NCBI RefSeq assembly: GCF_009914755.1 | Contig: NC_060926.1 | Reading direction: 5' to 3' (one strand) | Origin: the human T2T-CHM13v2.0 reference genome, Homo sapiens | DNA length: 64,000 nt | Shown: one piece after another, positions 40,438-57,946 of the stretch | How the letters are laid out: every line of letters begins with the position of its first letter | How positions within the stretch are numbered: the stretch's first letter is position 1 | Notes under the pieces: model-generated | Seen by the model: the letters and a program-made list of their open reading frames with translations, nothing else | Database searches by the model: none | Told to the model about the DNA's origin: nothing | Position numbers and translations under genes: made by a program

Positions 40438-40859
40438 TGTACTAGGAAATTAATGCAACGTTATTCCTACAACAAATTAGCTTAATGATTGAAAATGGCA
40501 CACAATTACTAGGTTGGAGGGCAAAAATAAAGAAATCAAGGTGTCAGCGAACTGCCTTCCTTGTGGAGGCTCCAAGGAACCTCTGTGTCCATGCGTTTTT
40601 CTGCTTCTGGAGGCCACCGGCATTCTGTGGCTTCCGACCCCTTCCACACATCACCTGAACATCTGTCTCCATGACCACGTCTCCTCCTACACGACTGCTG
40701 TGATGCCCTTGGGCCTGTCCCTGATCCAGAATAACCTTTCTATCTTACTCTCCTGAACTTAATCCCCTCTGCAAAATCCCTGTGTCCTGTAAGATGACAT
40801 ATTCACCGGTTCCAGGAAGGTGGACATGGGCCATGGGTGACAGCACTCTGCCTACCACA
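40438..40859 (-). mobile_element. MLT1 (C/D/E-like) MaLR solo LTR
   Basis: 'gaaatcaaggtgtcagc...ggaggctcc...cttctggaggccaccggcattct...acttaatcccctctgcaaa...tctgcctaccaca'. Near-TSD gccat/cccat. Confidence 0.8.
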
Positions 40860-41618
40860 CCCATAGAGAGAGAGAGAGAGTTGAGGAGGAAAGTCTGAGC
40901 CTTCCAAGGCCACATTTTTCTACTCTTCTGAAAAGGGAGTTTCTCGAATGCCAGCAATGGCTGAGAAAGCCCAGGGGGTTGCGCTCATGGCTGTTCGGCT
41001 CCGGTGTGTTGCTGAAGAGCTCTCACGCTGGAGCCATAAGGGAAAATCACCCAGCATGGTAAGCAAATGCGCCTGGGAGTGCCATGGTGCTCAGCCTCCT
41101 TCCTGAGACATGCAGATTAGATTCCTACAAGTATATGATCCACTTCAAGTAAATGAGCTTTTGGAGAAGTTAACAAAGCACATTAATCTTTACTCAGTAA
41201 GATATGATGAATTGTGTATGATGCACAAGTGCCCTAACTCACTGTGAGAGAACTAGAGTTGCATTCTACACCAGGCCTAATACATTGCCATGCCAACTAC
41301 TGAGTGGAAAAAATAAATCCTAACTCTGAAAAGACCTAACATTGAAACAGACAAAAAAGTGTGTCTGTTCAGAACTGGGATGTGAACTAAGCAGTTATAT
41401 CAGCTGCATTTTGACAATGGTGTCCAAAGTCAATTACTGGAGACTGTTTTCAGGACCTGGTGACCTGGCTTACACAACTGCTCCAGAATGTACTTAGCTT
41501 AAATCTGCACTCCTCATGGTCCAGCCAGTTGTTCCAATTTGAAAATGATCTTATCAATTGTTCAATAACCTTCTATTTTTGTCATTAATGGTTAGGTTCT
41601 TTAAAAATCATAAGTGTT

Positions 41619-41908
41619 GGCCGGGTGCGGTGGCTCATGCTTGTAATCTCATCACTTTGGGAGACCAAGGCAGGCGGATCACGAGGTCAAGAGTTTGAGA
41701 CCAGCCTGGCAAACACAGTGAAACCCTGTCTCTACTGAAAATACACAAATTAGCTGGGCGTGGTGGCAGGTACCTGTAATCCCAGCTACTCAGGAGGCTG
41801 AGGCAGGAGAATCACTTGAACCCAGGAGGCGGAAGCTGCAGGGAGTTGAGATTGCACCACTGCACTCCAGCCTGGGCAACAGAGTGAGACTCTGCCTCAA
41901 AAAAAAAA
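41619..41908 (+). mobile_element. AluS element
   Basis: Full dimer with 16-bp TSD aaaaatc(a/g)taagtgtt. Confidence 0.95.
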
Positions 41909-42142
41909 AAAAATCGTAAGTGTTTTAAAGTTTAACCTTTCAAGTGGTATTTTCAGCTAAACTCTCTAATCTGTAGTTTACTAACAATGATATATTAACT
42001 TCTGGGTTTTCAAAACACTAAAACTTTTCTAAACAATATTTCCAAGCCTTATATTTAACGACACTTAATCATTACTTGAGCAGCAAGAAATACAGACTTT
42101 TATTGGGAGCTAATGAAGAAAAATAAGCATTACTATAAATGA

Positions 42143-45484
<3,342 letters not shown>

Positions 45485-45891
45485 CTATAATATACAAAAA
45501 AAGAAAACAGTAATTATATAATAGTTTTTCTTGTTTTTAAATGGTCCTTTATTCATTTTTTACTATGTGAACCTTAAACAATTCTTAAAATGCCCACTGG
45601 TCCTTTTGATTCTAGTAGGATGTAAGTAATGTTCCCTAAATTCAATCATTTATGTTTTTGATTTGAAAGAAACAAAAAAGGAAGACTGAATTATAAATGT
45701 AATAATGCATATAATGTAGTCAGGGGAACATCCAAACTCAATCATACTCATTCCTAGATTCCCATGCCCTTTTCTTTAGGCTTTATCTATTTCTAAATTG
45801 TCTCTCCCTCTCTCCACTGCTGCCAGTCTCACTTGAACAATGTCAAGAGCCATTTTTCTGGTGTCTAGAACTTGCAAATGCCTTCATCTAG

Positions 45892-46477
<586 letters not shown>

Positions 46478-46935
46478 AAGCTGTACCATACTTTCATGTC
46501 TTTGAACATCTATTTGTACCATTCACCTTTTTCTTTTATTGCTGTTTACCTAATGAAGTCTTAGTTATCCTTTAAAAACCAGCCCACTTGGAAATCCTTT
46601 TGATAAAACGTCCATGATATTAGAAAGAAAACTTGGGTGTTACTTTGTCCACACTTCTATATTGTACTGAATTTGGTTATGTCTGTCTCCCCACCTGGTC
46701 AATAAGCAACTAGGTTGGGGGTAAAACTGAGCCTTACAGATCTTTCTTTCCTCATTACCTCATGCAATCTCTGGAATAACTCAGAATCTCAAAAATGAAA
46801 TTAAAACATGGAAATGCATAAGAGAAAAGAGGAGCATTTCTTAGTCTGTCCTTTAATACAGACAAAATCCAGTTAGGTTAGATGCTACATTGCCACTGTG
46901 AAAGTCATCCTCCATAAACCCCCAAAGCGAATCCA

Positions 46936-47460
46936 CAGTTCATCCTCCTGTTAGCAGATTCTGTAGTTGCCCATTTGCCTACTTACTCTCCTACTATAGA
47001 CCAGTGTCTTTTCCATAGCCTATTTAGAGCCACGTTTTTCATTTATGTCCTTCTTCTTCTGTTTAAAATAGCCGCCAAGCACGGTACTGAAGGGCTATCT
47101 AGTGTCCCTACATGCAAGAAGGCTGCATTGTAGGAGTCCAGTGGGAAGACTTCATTCCCTATGGAGAAAGCATTCCTGCTAGAGAAGCTTCCTTCAGGAA
47201 TGAGTTATGGTGCTGTTGGTGGTGAGTTCAGTGTTAATGAATCAACAATATGGTTTACATAAGGTGTCTTTAAACAGAAACACAAATAAAACAAGATAAT
47301 GTATTGATCAGTTGTTGAAAATATTGTGGCCAGAGGCTCACAAGAACCCAACCTTCTCTTTCCCCCAGGTACAATGGTTTAGGATTTATTCATTCTAATT
47401 TGTTAAGTGTACAGAGCCACTTTGGAAAGCATGATTACTATGAATAACAAAAATTGATTG
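46936..47460 (+). mobile_element. MER82-like TcMar-Tigger element (internally deleted)
   Basis: 'cagttcatcctc...ctgtttaaaatagccgccaagc...gtgagttcagtgttaatgaatcaacaata...taaggtgtctttaaacagaaacac...gaataacaaaaattgattg' followed by TA. Confidence 0.85.
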
Positions 47461-47861
47461 TATTATATATTCTATATCTACACTACACATATAAAACACA
47501 CATATAATGCGCACTTTCCTGCTTGAAACCCAACACACTGATTAGAAGCTGCCTTTATGCTTCCTTTCCCCATCATTGTCCTTTGTAAAAGACAGAAGAG
47601 TCCAGAAACGCCCTGAGGAATTGGCAGCCTGAACCCAGGCCAGCCTCACCCTGTGTTGAGCTTACGTAGTACAATACACCGTCAAGAACAATGTCGTGAC
47701 ATCTGTTTTAAGTGCATCATCACTAAACAAGTTGAATTCATCAAACGCTGTACCTTCTGGAAGACAGAATGGGGCAAGGCTGTCTATTTGGTTCACCACT
47801 AAGCCTGGAACACTGAAAAATCAAACTGATAACTAACTGTTGACAATTATTCTAGAGGCCC

Positions 47862-48047
47862 TACAGTGAGACAAGTTTTGCATCACAGATTCTCTCAGGA
47901 TCTGATGCAGGCTGTGGGCTCTCTCTTCCAGAAAATACACAAATGCAGAAACTCACACATTTACACAAATCTTCTAAAGGATTATAAATCCTTGAAACAC
48001 ACTCATGTATGGTTGGGTGATTATTAACTCAGATTAAGAAACCCTAG
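47862..48047 (+). mobile_element. MER117-like hAT-Charlie element
   Basis: 'gatctgatgcaggctgtgggctctctcttccagaaaatacaca...cagattaagaaaccct'. Confidence 0.5.
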
Positions 48048-49195
48048 GACTGATGCCATCGAAGCACCTACACCAGGAACCTGGGCATGATGTGCGGTGT
48101 ATTCCAGCCCTGCCCACCCCGAAGCACGTCTCTCTCTGTAACTCCCTTCTACTGGGGCCCCCTATTGTCCACTCTGGTAGGTTGGGTTCAATCCACTCCA
48201 TGCCCCACTCAGTGGCAAACCCTCCTGTTCATTAGGATTTAACAAGTTTCATTGTCCATGTACACTGCAGTGACTCAGGTGCACTAACCTGAGGGTGTAG
48301 ATACTGGAAGTATCAACAATCCAAGCAAGTGTCTCTCCAGCCGTCTCAGGGGAAGCCCACCATTCATTCACTGGGGAAGAACTAGGGTTACAGAGCATGA
48401 GCCCTGCTGCAAAAGGACACTGGGTTTGATTGAATTCGAGTTATCCACTCCCAGTGAATGTGGGCTCAGGCTTGTGATACTCTGTTTTAAAAGTCACTTT
48501 TTAAAAAGTTCGCCATGAAATGTGGCGGTAAACGTGTCTGGTTTGTAGACCTGTTGCAACCACTACATGACATAACGCAGGCAGAGCACCTGTCACAGCC
48601 AGCAGTTCGGCAGGACATCCAAATTGTCAGAGTCCCACCCTCATGTGCAAGCAGGTGCAGTGCCATCCAAGCAGGTACAGTTTGGGCATTCCTTCAGTAA
48701 AAAAAGGGACTGAGCCTCCTTTGCATATATGTATGTAGGCTTGTATTCTCATATACTGACATACTGTAATAACTGAATCATACACAACAATAACAATTAA
48801 AAACTTTAAAAAACTTTAATTTATAAATAACCTTTTTTCTTCTGAAAGGTATGAAGAATGTTTTAAAAGTGAGAGATATATCTTTAAATATGACATTAGT
48901 TTTTAAATTTTTGCCTGACATTTTATGTTACAGCAATTTTAATCTCTATTTTTAAGTTTAATTTATCTTGATACTTGCTTTTAGGCTCTATCATAGTAGA
49001 AATGATACCTCAGAAAGGCACATTTACCTAAAATAGAAAAACAGTAAACCTATACATTGGTTACTATAACTAGATCATGATACTTATTTTTCTTTATTAT
49101 CTATGGGCTATCCCAAATTTTTATCAAAATTTAGCTAATCACTTTCCATCATTTTTCAAATGTCATAGGTTGCTTTTGAAATTAAACAGGGAGGC

Positions 49196-49199
<4 letters not shown>

Positions 49200-49227
<28 letters not shown>
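49200..49227. repeat. (AC)14 microsatellite
   Basis: Directly visible. Confidence 0.95.
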
Positions 49228-49288
49228 CCCAAATAGATTCAAAGCCACTGAAATGACTCATTCTGCCAGTTTTTAAAATTGCCTATGC

Positions 49289-51376
49289 TTTTTAAAACAT
49301 TTTGTGTTTTTAATTTTTGTGGGCACATAGTAGGTGTACACATTTATGGATTACATGAGACATTTTTATACAGAAATGCAGTGCATAATAATCACAGCAT
49401 GGTACATGGGGTCTCCATCGCCTCAAGCATTTATCCTTTGTGTTACAAAAAAAATCCAATCATACTCTTTTAGCTATTTTTAAGTGTGCAGTTAAATTAT
49501 TATTGACTATAGTCCCCTTGTTGTGCTATCAAATACTAAGTCTTATTCATTCTTTCTATTTTTGTAACCATTAACCTTCCAACTCCCCTACCCCCTGCCC
49601 CACCACCCTTCCCAGCCTCTGGTAACCATCCTTCTACTCTATCTCCGTGAGTTCAATTGTTTTGACTTTTAGTTTCCACAAGTATGTGAGAACATGTGAA
49701 GCTTGTCTTTTCGTGCCTGGCTTGTTTAACTTAACATAATAACCTCCAGTTCTAACCATGTTCTTGTAAAAGACAGAATCTCATTCTTTTTTATGGCAGA
49801 ATAGTACTCCATTGTGTGCATACATATATTTTTAAATTTTTAATTAAAAAATATATGTATGCATATGTATGCCACATTTTTTTAATCCACTCATCTGTTG
49901 ATGGACACTATTGATGCTTCCAAATGTTGGCTCTTGTGAATAGTCCTTCAGTGAACACGGGAGAGCAGATATCTCTTTGATATGCTCATTTCCTTTCTTT
50001 TGGGTATATACTCAGCTGTGAGATTGCTGGATCATATGCTAGTTCTATGTTTAGTAGTTTTTTGAGGAATCTCCAACCTGTTCTCCATAGTGGTTGTACT
50101 AATTTACACTCCCACCAATAGTCTTCTGTTTCTCCACATTCTCTCCAGCATTTGTTATTGCCTTCCTTTTGGATATAAGCCATTTTAAGTGGGGTAAGAT
50201 GAGATCTCCCTGCAGGTTTGATTTGCATTTCTCTGATGTTCAGTGATGTTGAACACATTTTCATAATCCTGCTTGCCATTTGTGTGTCTTCTTCTTTTGA
50301 GAGACGTCCATTCAGATCTTTTGTCCATTTTTAATTGACATTTTAGATTATTTTCTATAGATTTGTCTGATCTCCTTCTATAGTCTGATTATTGATCCCT
50401 TGTCAGATAGGTTGACTTTTTCCTTTGCTGCGCAGAGGCTTTTTTAACTTGATATGATCCCATTTGTCGATTTCTGCTTTGGTTGCCTGTGCTTATGGGG
50501 TATTACTCAAGAAACTTTGCCCAGACCAATATCCTAGAGCATTTCCCCAATGCTTTCTTGTAGCTATTTCATAGTTTGAGATGTTTAAATTTAAGTTTTT
50601 AATTCACTTTAATTTGATTTTTGTATAAAGCAAGAGATAAGGGTCAAGTTTGTCCAGTTTTCCCAGCACCATTTGTTGAAGAGACTGTCTTTTCCCAGTG
50701 TCTATCCTTGGCTCCTTTGTCAAAAATGAGTTCACTGTAGGTATAAGGATTTGCTTCTGGATTCTTTATTCTGTTCCATGCATCCATGTGTCTGTTTTTA
50801 TGCCAGTTCCATGCTGTTTTGATTCTGTATAGTTCTGTAGTATACTCTGAAGTCAGGTAATGTGATTCCTCCAGTTTTGTTCTTTTTGCTTCACAAAGTT
50901 TAGGCTATTCTAGGTCTTTTGTGGTTACATATTAATTTTAGGATATTTTTTCTATTTATGTGAAAAATGCCATTGGTATCTTGATAGGAATTGCATTAAA
51001 TCTGTAGATTTCTTTGGGTAGTATGGACGTTTTAACAATATTGATTCTTCCAATCCATGAACATGGAATACCTTTCCATTTTTTTGTTTCTTCAATTTTT
51101 TTTAAAATCAGTGTTTTATAGTTTTTGTTGTAAAGATATTTTACTTCTTTGGTTAAGTTACTTCCTATGTATTTAATTTTATGTGTGGCTATTATAAATA
51201 GGATTGCTCTTTTGATTTCTTTTTCACATTGTTCAGTGTTGACATATGGAAATGCTACTGATTTGTATTTTGATTTTGTATCCCACAATTTTACTGAATT
51301 TATCAGTTCTAATAGTTTTTTGGTGAAGTCTTTAGATTTTTCCAAATATAAAATCATATCATCTGCAAATAGGTAT
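49289..51376 (-). mobile_element. 5'-truncated L1MA (MA1/2-like)
   Basis: Minus ORFs 50956-51390 (FADDMILYLEK...WIGRINIVK) and 49986-50279 are ORF2p-like. L1MA 3' UTR at the left end. Degenerate TSD aattgcctatgc/aattgcttatgc. Confidence 0.92.
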
Positions 51377-51727
51377 AATTGCTTATGCATGTTTGATTAG
51401 AAATTTGAAAGTTTTTAAATCTGAAAGTTTTTAAGAGTTTAAACATCCCTTATAGCCAAAATTTTGAAAATCACATAACAATGACCACGTTTTTAAACAT
51501 CCATTTTCAAAATGTTCTTTCCATAGGACAAGGTTCTTTTTAAAGTAATTCTTTCTTACTAATTGTTTTAACATTAATTTTGCTTTGAAGCATGATCTTC
51601 ATGTATCGTTTTTTTTAAAAAAATTCTGTTAGGACTCCTTTAGCCACTGTCATCCACTAATAGCAAATTTGAAGCACATGTCTTTATTACAAGAGAAAAA
51701 TAACTCATCTTTAAGACTGACAACTCT

Positions 51728-52113
<386 letters not shown>

Positions 52114-54458
52114 TCATTACAAAGTATTATAAAATATTATAATATAACTCTCATAAATCTATTCACTGAGGCCCTCATAAACTGCAATACAGAGCAGAAT
52201 GCCAAATGCCAGTGGAAGAGTCAGGGTTCCAATGTCAAGCCTCTGCATTTCAGACTGTCCATGGTCTGCAAGTCCCCATCTAGACACATGACTGATGCTG
52301 GGAAAATGGCGGTGTCTATATGCGTATATAAGCTTTATACTTGGAAACAACACATTTATTAACTTTAATACAAATAGATTTGTATTTTTCTTATAACCTG
52401 ATACCTTTGAATCCCCTGAAATATGGGCATTTAACTTTGAACACCAATATCTTAGAGTCCCACATCGATATTCAAACTCCCCCAGGATGAGTTACCCGAT
52501 AATAAAGGAGCAGGCGAAATTTTAGGAAGATTGGGTGGTGCCTAGCTGAGGCTCAGACATAATTTGTAAATCCCAGTGCTTTTAAATTTGTTAATAAAAA
52601 GCATGAATAACTAAATTAACAAATACATACTATTTTATAACAACAAATGTTATATATGTAACACAATATTCATAATTTATTACTCTAATAATACATATTT
52701 TTGTTAATTTAGTACACATACAAACACATTTTGATTTTAATTCCCATAAATGCTCTGCTGTATAGTAAGTATAAATGGTATTTAAGTTGTATAGACGGGA
52801 TTAGTACTAATTAGTAATATTGTTTCATGACTAAATTAGATGTTTATCTGTTTCCTCCTCACTTTTTACTTCCCCATCATCTATCATTAGCCTTAATTGT
52901 TAACATTTCTCTAGTATCGTGTAGTTTGTTCTCATGGTTGTAGTCATTGTCATGCACAGAACAACACATTTTAAAACAAATATCTTGAATTAGGCCACCA
53001 AAGAACTGGTGTTACTTTATTCTCCCAAGTTTGTCATTCCACCTAGCTCAATTCTCAACCTTGACACAGCAACGGAGTGCCCTGTGCCCAAGGCCTGGTC
53101 CCCAGTGTCCATCTTCTCTGAGGGCCACAGCAAGCTGGCCATCTGTCTTTCATGAGGGGAAGAGAGGAAGAAGGCAAATAAGTAGAGGGGAGAGGCACAG
53201 AGTGGACTTTATTCTCATCAACCAGAGACTTTGGGATGGAAGAACTGAAACAGAGGAACTAACGAAAATAGGACTTCTGCATCCCACCAGGATGCAGGGA
53301 CAGCTACTAAACTTAGCTTCTCACCAGAACAACCAACCAAGCAAAAATGCAAACGGACAAATACAAAACAATTGTTTCAAGACACCAGACACAAGATAAT
53401 GGAGAGTGATCCCTGAGAGATAGAAAACAAAATGCTTGTCCTGGTTTATTGCCTTGAGTTTCTGGAATGTGTTGCCAGGAGGGGAAACCCAGGGAGAGCC
53501 AGTGAACTCAGTGAGTTGAGGAGACAGAGCTTAGTGTCCAGGGAGACCAATATAGCTAGAGGCTTCAGGACAGAGCACTGCAGAGAAGGGAGCTGCAGAG
53601 AGATAATCCTGGGGGTGCACAGAGGGTCCCCCAACAGTATCCAACATAATATTGACCAGCACAAGTCTATGAGGAGACTGCCTGAGGCCAGCCGAAAAAC
53701 CACCTGAAAATCCTTGCAGGAGGAGTGTGCAGTGCTGACCCAGGGCAGGGGATGAAGCCTGTTCTCGTCAGCCAGGTGCTAAACCTTATATTCACAGTGC
53801 CTTCAGCAGAGCACTCAGAAGGCCTCAACTTAATAGCAGAGAATAATTAGTAATAGGCTGAATATTACTCAGCTACTGCCTAGCAAATGTAAAAAGCTAG
53901 ACCATATCATACTATTTCCAAGTAACTTAACTGCTTCCAAGAGGAAAGCTCAAAAATATTTCTAGAAATGCAAACATATCCAGCACCCAGAAGGTAAAAT
54001 TTACAATGTCTGGGATTACATTAAAATTTTCCAGGCATGAAAAGAAGCAGAAAAATAAAATCCACAGTGAGGAGAAAAATCAATCAATCTAACCATTGCA
54101 GAACTGACACCACTGTTAGAATTATAAGGACAATACAAATAATTATTATAATTGTATTTTATATATTCAAAGAGTTAAGTGAAGACAGGAGATATTTTAA
54201 AAAATTAAATCAAATTCTAACAAATGAAAGCTCTAATATCTGAGATGAAAATGCACTGTACATGATTAATGACATATTAGACCTTGCAGAAAGAAATACG
54301 AGTGAATTTGAAGACATAACAATTGAAATTATCTAAATGAAACAGAGAGAAAAAAAGAATTATAAATGAACAAAATATCAGTGAGTCATGGGACAACTTC
54401 TAGTGGTCTCATATACATGTAATCAGAATAACCTAAAAAAAAAAGAAACATGAGACAA

Positions 54459-54460
<2 letters not shown>

Positions 54461-54511
<51 letters not shown>
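54461..54511. repeat. (TATC)n tetranucleotide STR, ~12.5 units
   Basis: Directly visible perfect array. Confidence 0.96.
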
Positions 54512-55969
54512 GTTTGAAGTTGCTGGCAGAACAATCTCCAGATTTAATGAAAACATCAAACCCACGGATCTAAAATAATGAACAAAACCCAAACACAAGA
54601 ACACATAGAAAATTACATACAGCTCAAAATAATCAAATTTCTCGAAACCAGCGACAAACAGGAAAGCTTAAAGGCAGATAATAGGGAAAAAAAGGTGTGA
54701 AGGATCAAAGATAATAAATATAACACATATCATCAGAAAAAGAAATGCAAATAGAAAGATAGAACACCATCTTTAAAGTACTTAAGAGGAAAAGAAATCC
54801 CCTTACCCTAAAGTTCTTTGTCCACAAAAATGTCATTCAAAAGCGAAGTAAGACAAAGACTTCTTCAGATATAGAGAAGCTGAAAGAATATGTGTCACCA
54901 GCAGACTGGGCCTTACAGAAATATGAAATGAAGTCTCCACACAGAAGGAACATAGGACCGAATTGGGATAGTCACACGGTAACAAAGAATATCAGAGGTA
55001 GTAACTGTATGGATAAATGCATCATATACTTTTCTTAGTAGCTAAATCTCTTTAAAATTAAGCAATAGTTTAAAAATAATAATGTAGTGTGTCATTTGTA
55101 ACATATATAAAAATAAAATGTATGATAATAGCACAAATGCTAAGAGGGAAAAAATGGAAGAACAACATTGTAAGATTCTTATACTACATGTGAAGTGGTA
55201 TAATACAACTTAATGGTAAAAAATTAAAGATGTATTTTACACATCCAAAGCGATGACTAAGATAATAGCAATTATAAGCATTATGCATAATAAACCTATG
55301 AAAGAAATAACAGAATCATAGACAAATAATCTAAAGCAAGGCAAAAACAAGAAAAAGGAAATAAAGAACAGATGGGATAAATATAGAAAGATGGTCGACT
55401 TAGAATTAACTATATTCATACATTACATGTAAGTTATCTAAACACAGTAATAAAAATGCAGAAGTTGTTGAATTAGATACAATGTAAGATCTAACTCTAT
55501 CGCCTACAGAAACACATATTTAAAGACAAAAGTAGGTTAAACATAAAAAGATGAAAAAAGATACATCATGCTTGCACTAGTCAAAAGAAAGCTAGAGTGG
55601 CTCTGTTAATAACAGACAAGGAAGCTTTCAAAGCAAAGCATACTACCAGGGTAAAGAAGGTCATTTAAAACAATAAATTAATCAAAAGAAAATGACAATC
55701 TTAAATATGCATGTAATAACTGAGTTTAAAGGACATGAAGCAAAAACTGAAAGCACTACAAGGATAAATAGACAAATCTACAATTATAGTCAAGAGATTT
55801 TAACCCTCCTATCCTGATAATTGATAGAACAAGTAGACAGGAAATCAGTAAGGATATAAGAGGTTTGAACACTATCAACCAACTAAACCTAACTGATGTT
55901 TACAAAACACTGCCTCCAACAACAAGATAATTCATATTATTTTCAAGTCCACAGTGAACATTTACCAAG

Positions 55970-56236
55970 TGATATAGTTTGGATATTTGTCCCTGCCCAA
56001 ATCTCACGTTGAATTGCATCCCCCAGTGTTGGAGGTGGTCCCTCCCCAAATCTCATGTTGAATTGCATTCCCCAGTGTTGGAGGTGGAACCTGGTGGAAG
56101 GTGTTCGGGTCATAGGGGTGGATCCCTCATGGCACGGTACTGTCTTCATGTTAGTGAATTCTCCTGAGATCTGGTCATTTAAAAATGTGTGGCACCCTCT
56201 CCCCCAACCTTCTCTCCTCTTTCTCTCTCTCTTTTG

Positions 56237-56270
<34 letters not shown>

Positions 56271-56443
56271 AGTTCCACGTTCCACCTCCTATCATTTAAG
56301 CTTCCTGAGACCTCCCCAGAAGCAGATGCTGGTGCCATGATTCCTGTACAGCCTGCAGAACTGTGAGCCAATTAAACCTCTTTTCTTTATAAATTACCCA
56401 GTCTCAGGTATTTCTTTATAGAATGCAAGAACAGCCTAATACA
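55970..56443 (+). mobile_element. MST (MSTA/B-type) MaLR solo LTR
   Basis: TG...CA ends, ATTAAA signal, 5-bp TSD ccaag at 55965-55969 and 56444-56448. Internal 49-bp duplication. Confidence 0.93.
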
Positions 56444-57605
56444 CCAAGGTAGATTATCTTCTGGGGTGTAACACAAGTCTCAATAAATTTAAAAGGATTT
56501 AACTCATACAAGTACATGTTTCGACCACAGTGGAGTTAGATAAGAAGATAATAATGAAAGTTTTTAGAAAATTACCCCCAAATATTTGGAAATTAAATAA
56601 CACATTTCTAAATAACCCATGGGTCAAAGGAGGAATATGAAGAGAAATTTGAAAGTATTTTCAACTGGATGAAAATGAAAAAGAAGTTCCACCAGGTATC
56701 AATTTGCGGGAGGTTGGTGAAGCATTGTTCTGGGCATTTAATTTGCAACATTAAATGCGTATATCAGAAAAGAACAAGTATCAATGACTTCAGCTTCCGC
56801 CTTAAGCAACTAGAAAGAGAAAAGCAAATTAAACCCAAAGTAAATAGAAGAAAATAAATTATAAAGATCAGCACAAAAATCTGTGAAATAAAAAACAGAA
56901 AACAATAGAGAAAAATCAACAAAGTCATATGTTTGTTCTTTAAGAAGGTCAATCAGAGTGGGAAATCCCTGGTCAGGCTGGTCAGGAGAGAGAAAGAGAG
57001 AGAGAGAGAGAGAACACAATTACCAATGTCAGGAGTAAGAGAGAAAATGTCAATAGTGAGCCTACACTTACTAAAAAGATAATGAACAAAAATTATGAGC
57101 CACTTTAATGAATAAATTCAATAACTTAGGGGAAATAGAAAAATTTGATTTGAAAGACACAAAGTACCAAGCTCACTCAATAAGAAATAGGTATCTTGGA
57201 AAGGCTTCTATCTACCAAAGAAATGCAAATTGTAGTTAACAACTTTTCCACAAACAAAACTTCAGGTCTCGATACTTCAGGTATGAATTGCATCAAACAT
57301 TCAATAAATGAATAATACAAATTCTTTCAGAAAATTTAAAAGAAAGAAATACTTGTCAACTCATTCTATGGTGCCACCATTTCTCAGATAACTAAATCAA
57401 AGATACCACAAGATAAGAAAGTCACAGACAAATATCCATAATGAACATAGATGAAAAAATTCTAAACAAAATTTTAACAGTGAATCCAACAGCGTATAAG
57501 AAGTACAGTGCATCATGACCCAGTGGAGCTTAATCAAGGTTAATTTAGAATTTGAAAGTCAACCAATGTAACTTGTGACAAATAAATTAAAAAGAAAGAA
57601 AATCC

Positions 57606-57875
57606 AGCCAGGCACGGTGGCTCATGCCTGTAATCCCAGCACTTTGGGAGGCAGAGGCAGACAGATCACTTGAGGTCAGAAATTGAAGGCCAGCCTGGCC
57701 AACATGGTGAAACCCCATCTCTACTAAAAATACAAAAATTAGCCAGGCATGCTGGCAGCCACCCATAATCCCAGCTACTTGAGAGGCTGAAGGCAGGAGA
57801 ATTGCTTGAACTTGGGAGTGAGCTGAGATCACACCATTGCACTCCAGCCTGGGGGACAGAACAAAACTCCATCTC

Positions 57876-57913
<38 letters not shown>

Positions 57914-57946
57914 AAAAAAAAAGAAAGAAGGAAAAAGAAAAGAAAG
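57606..57946 (+). mobile_element. AluS element with a (CAA)12 / A-rich tail
   Basis: TSD aaagaaagaaaatcc. About 12-bp deletion in the right arm. Confidence 0.94.

Noticed and set aside
52302-52313. YY1 motif AAAATGGCGG
   Set aside because: Single isolated motif with no supporting promoter context.
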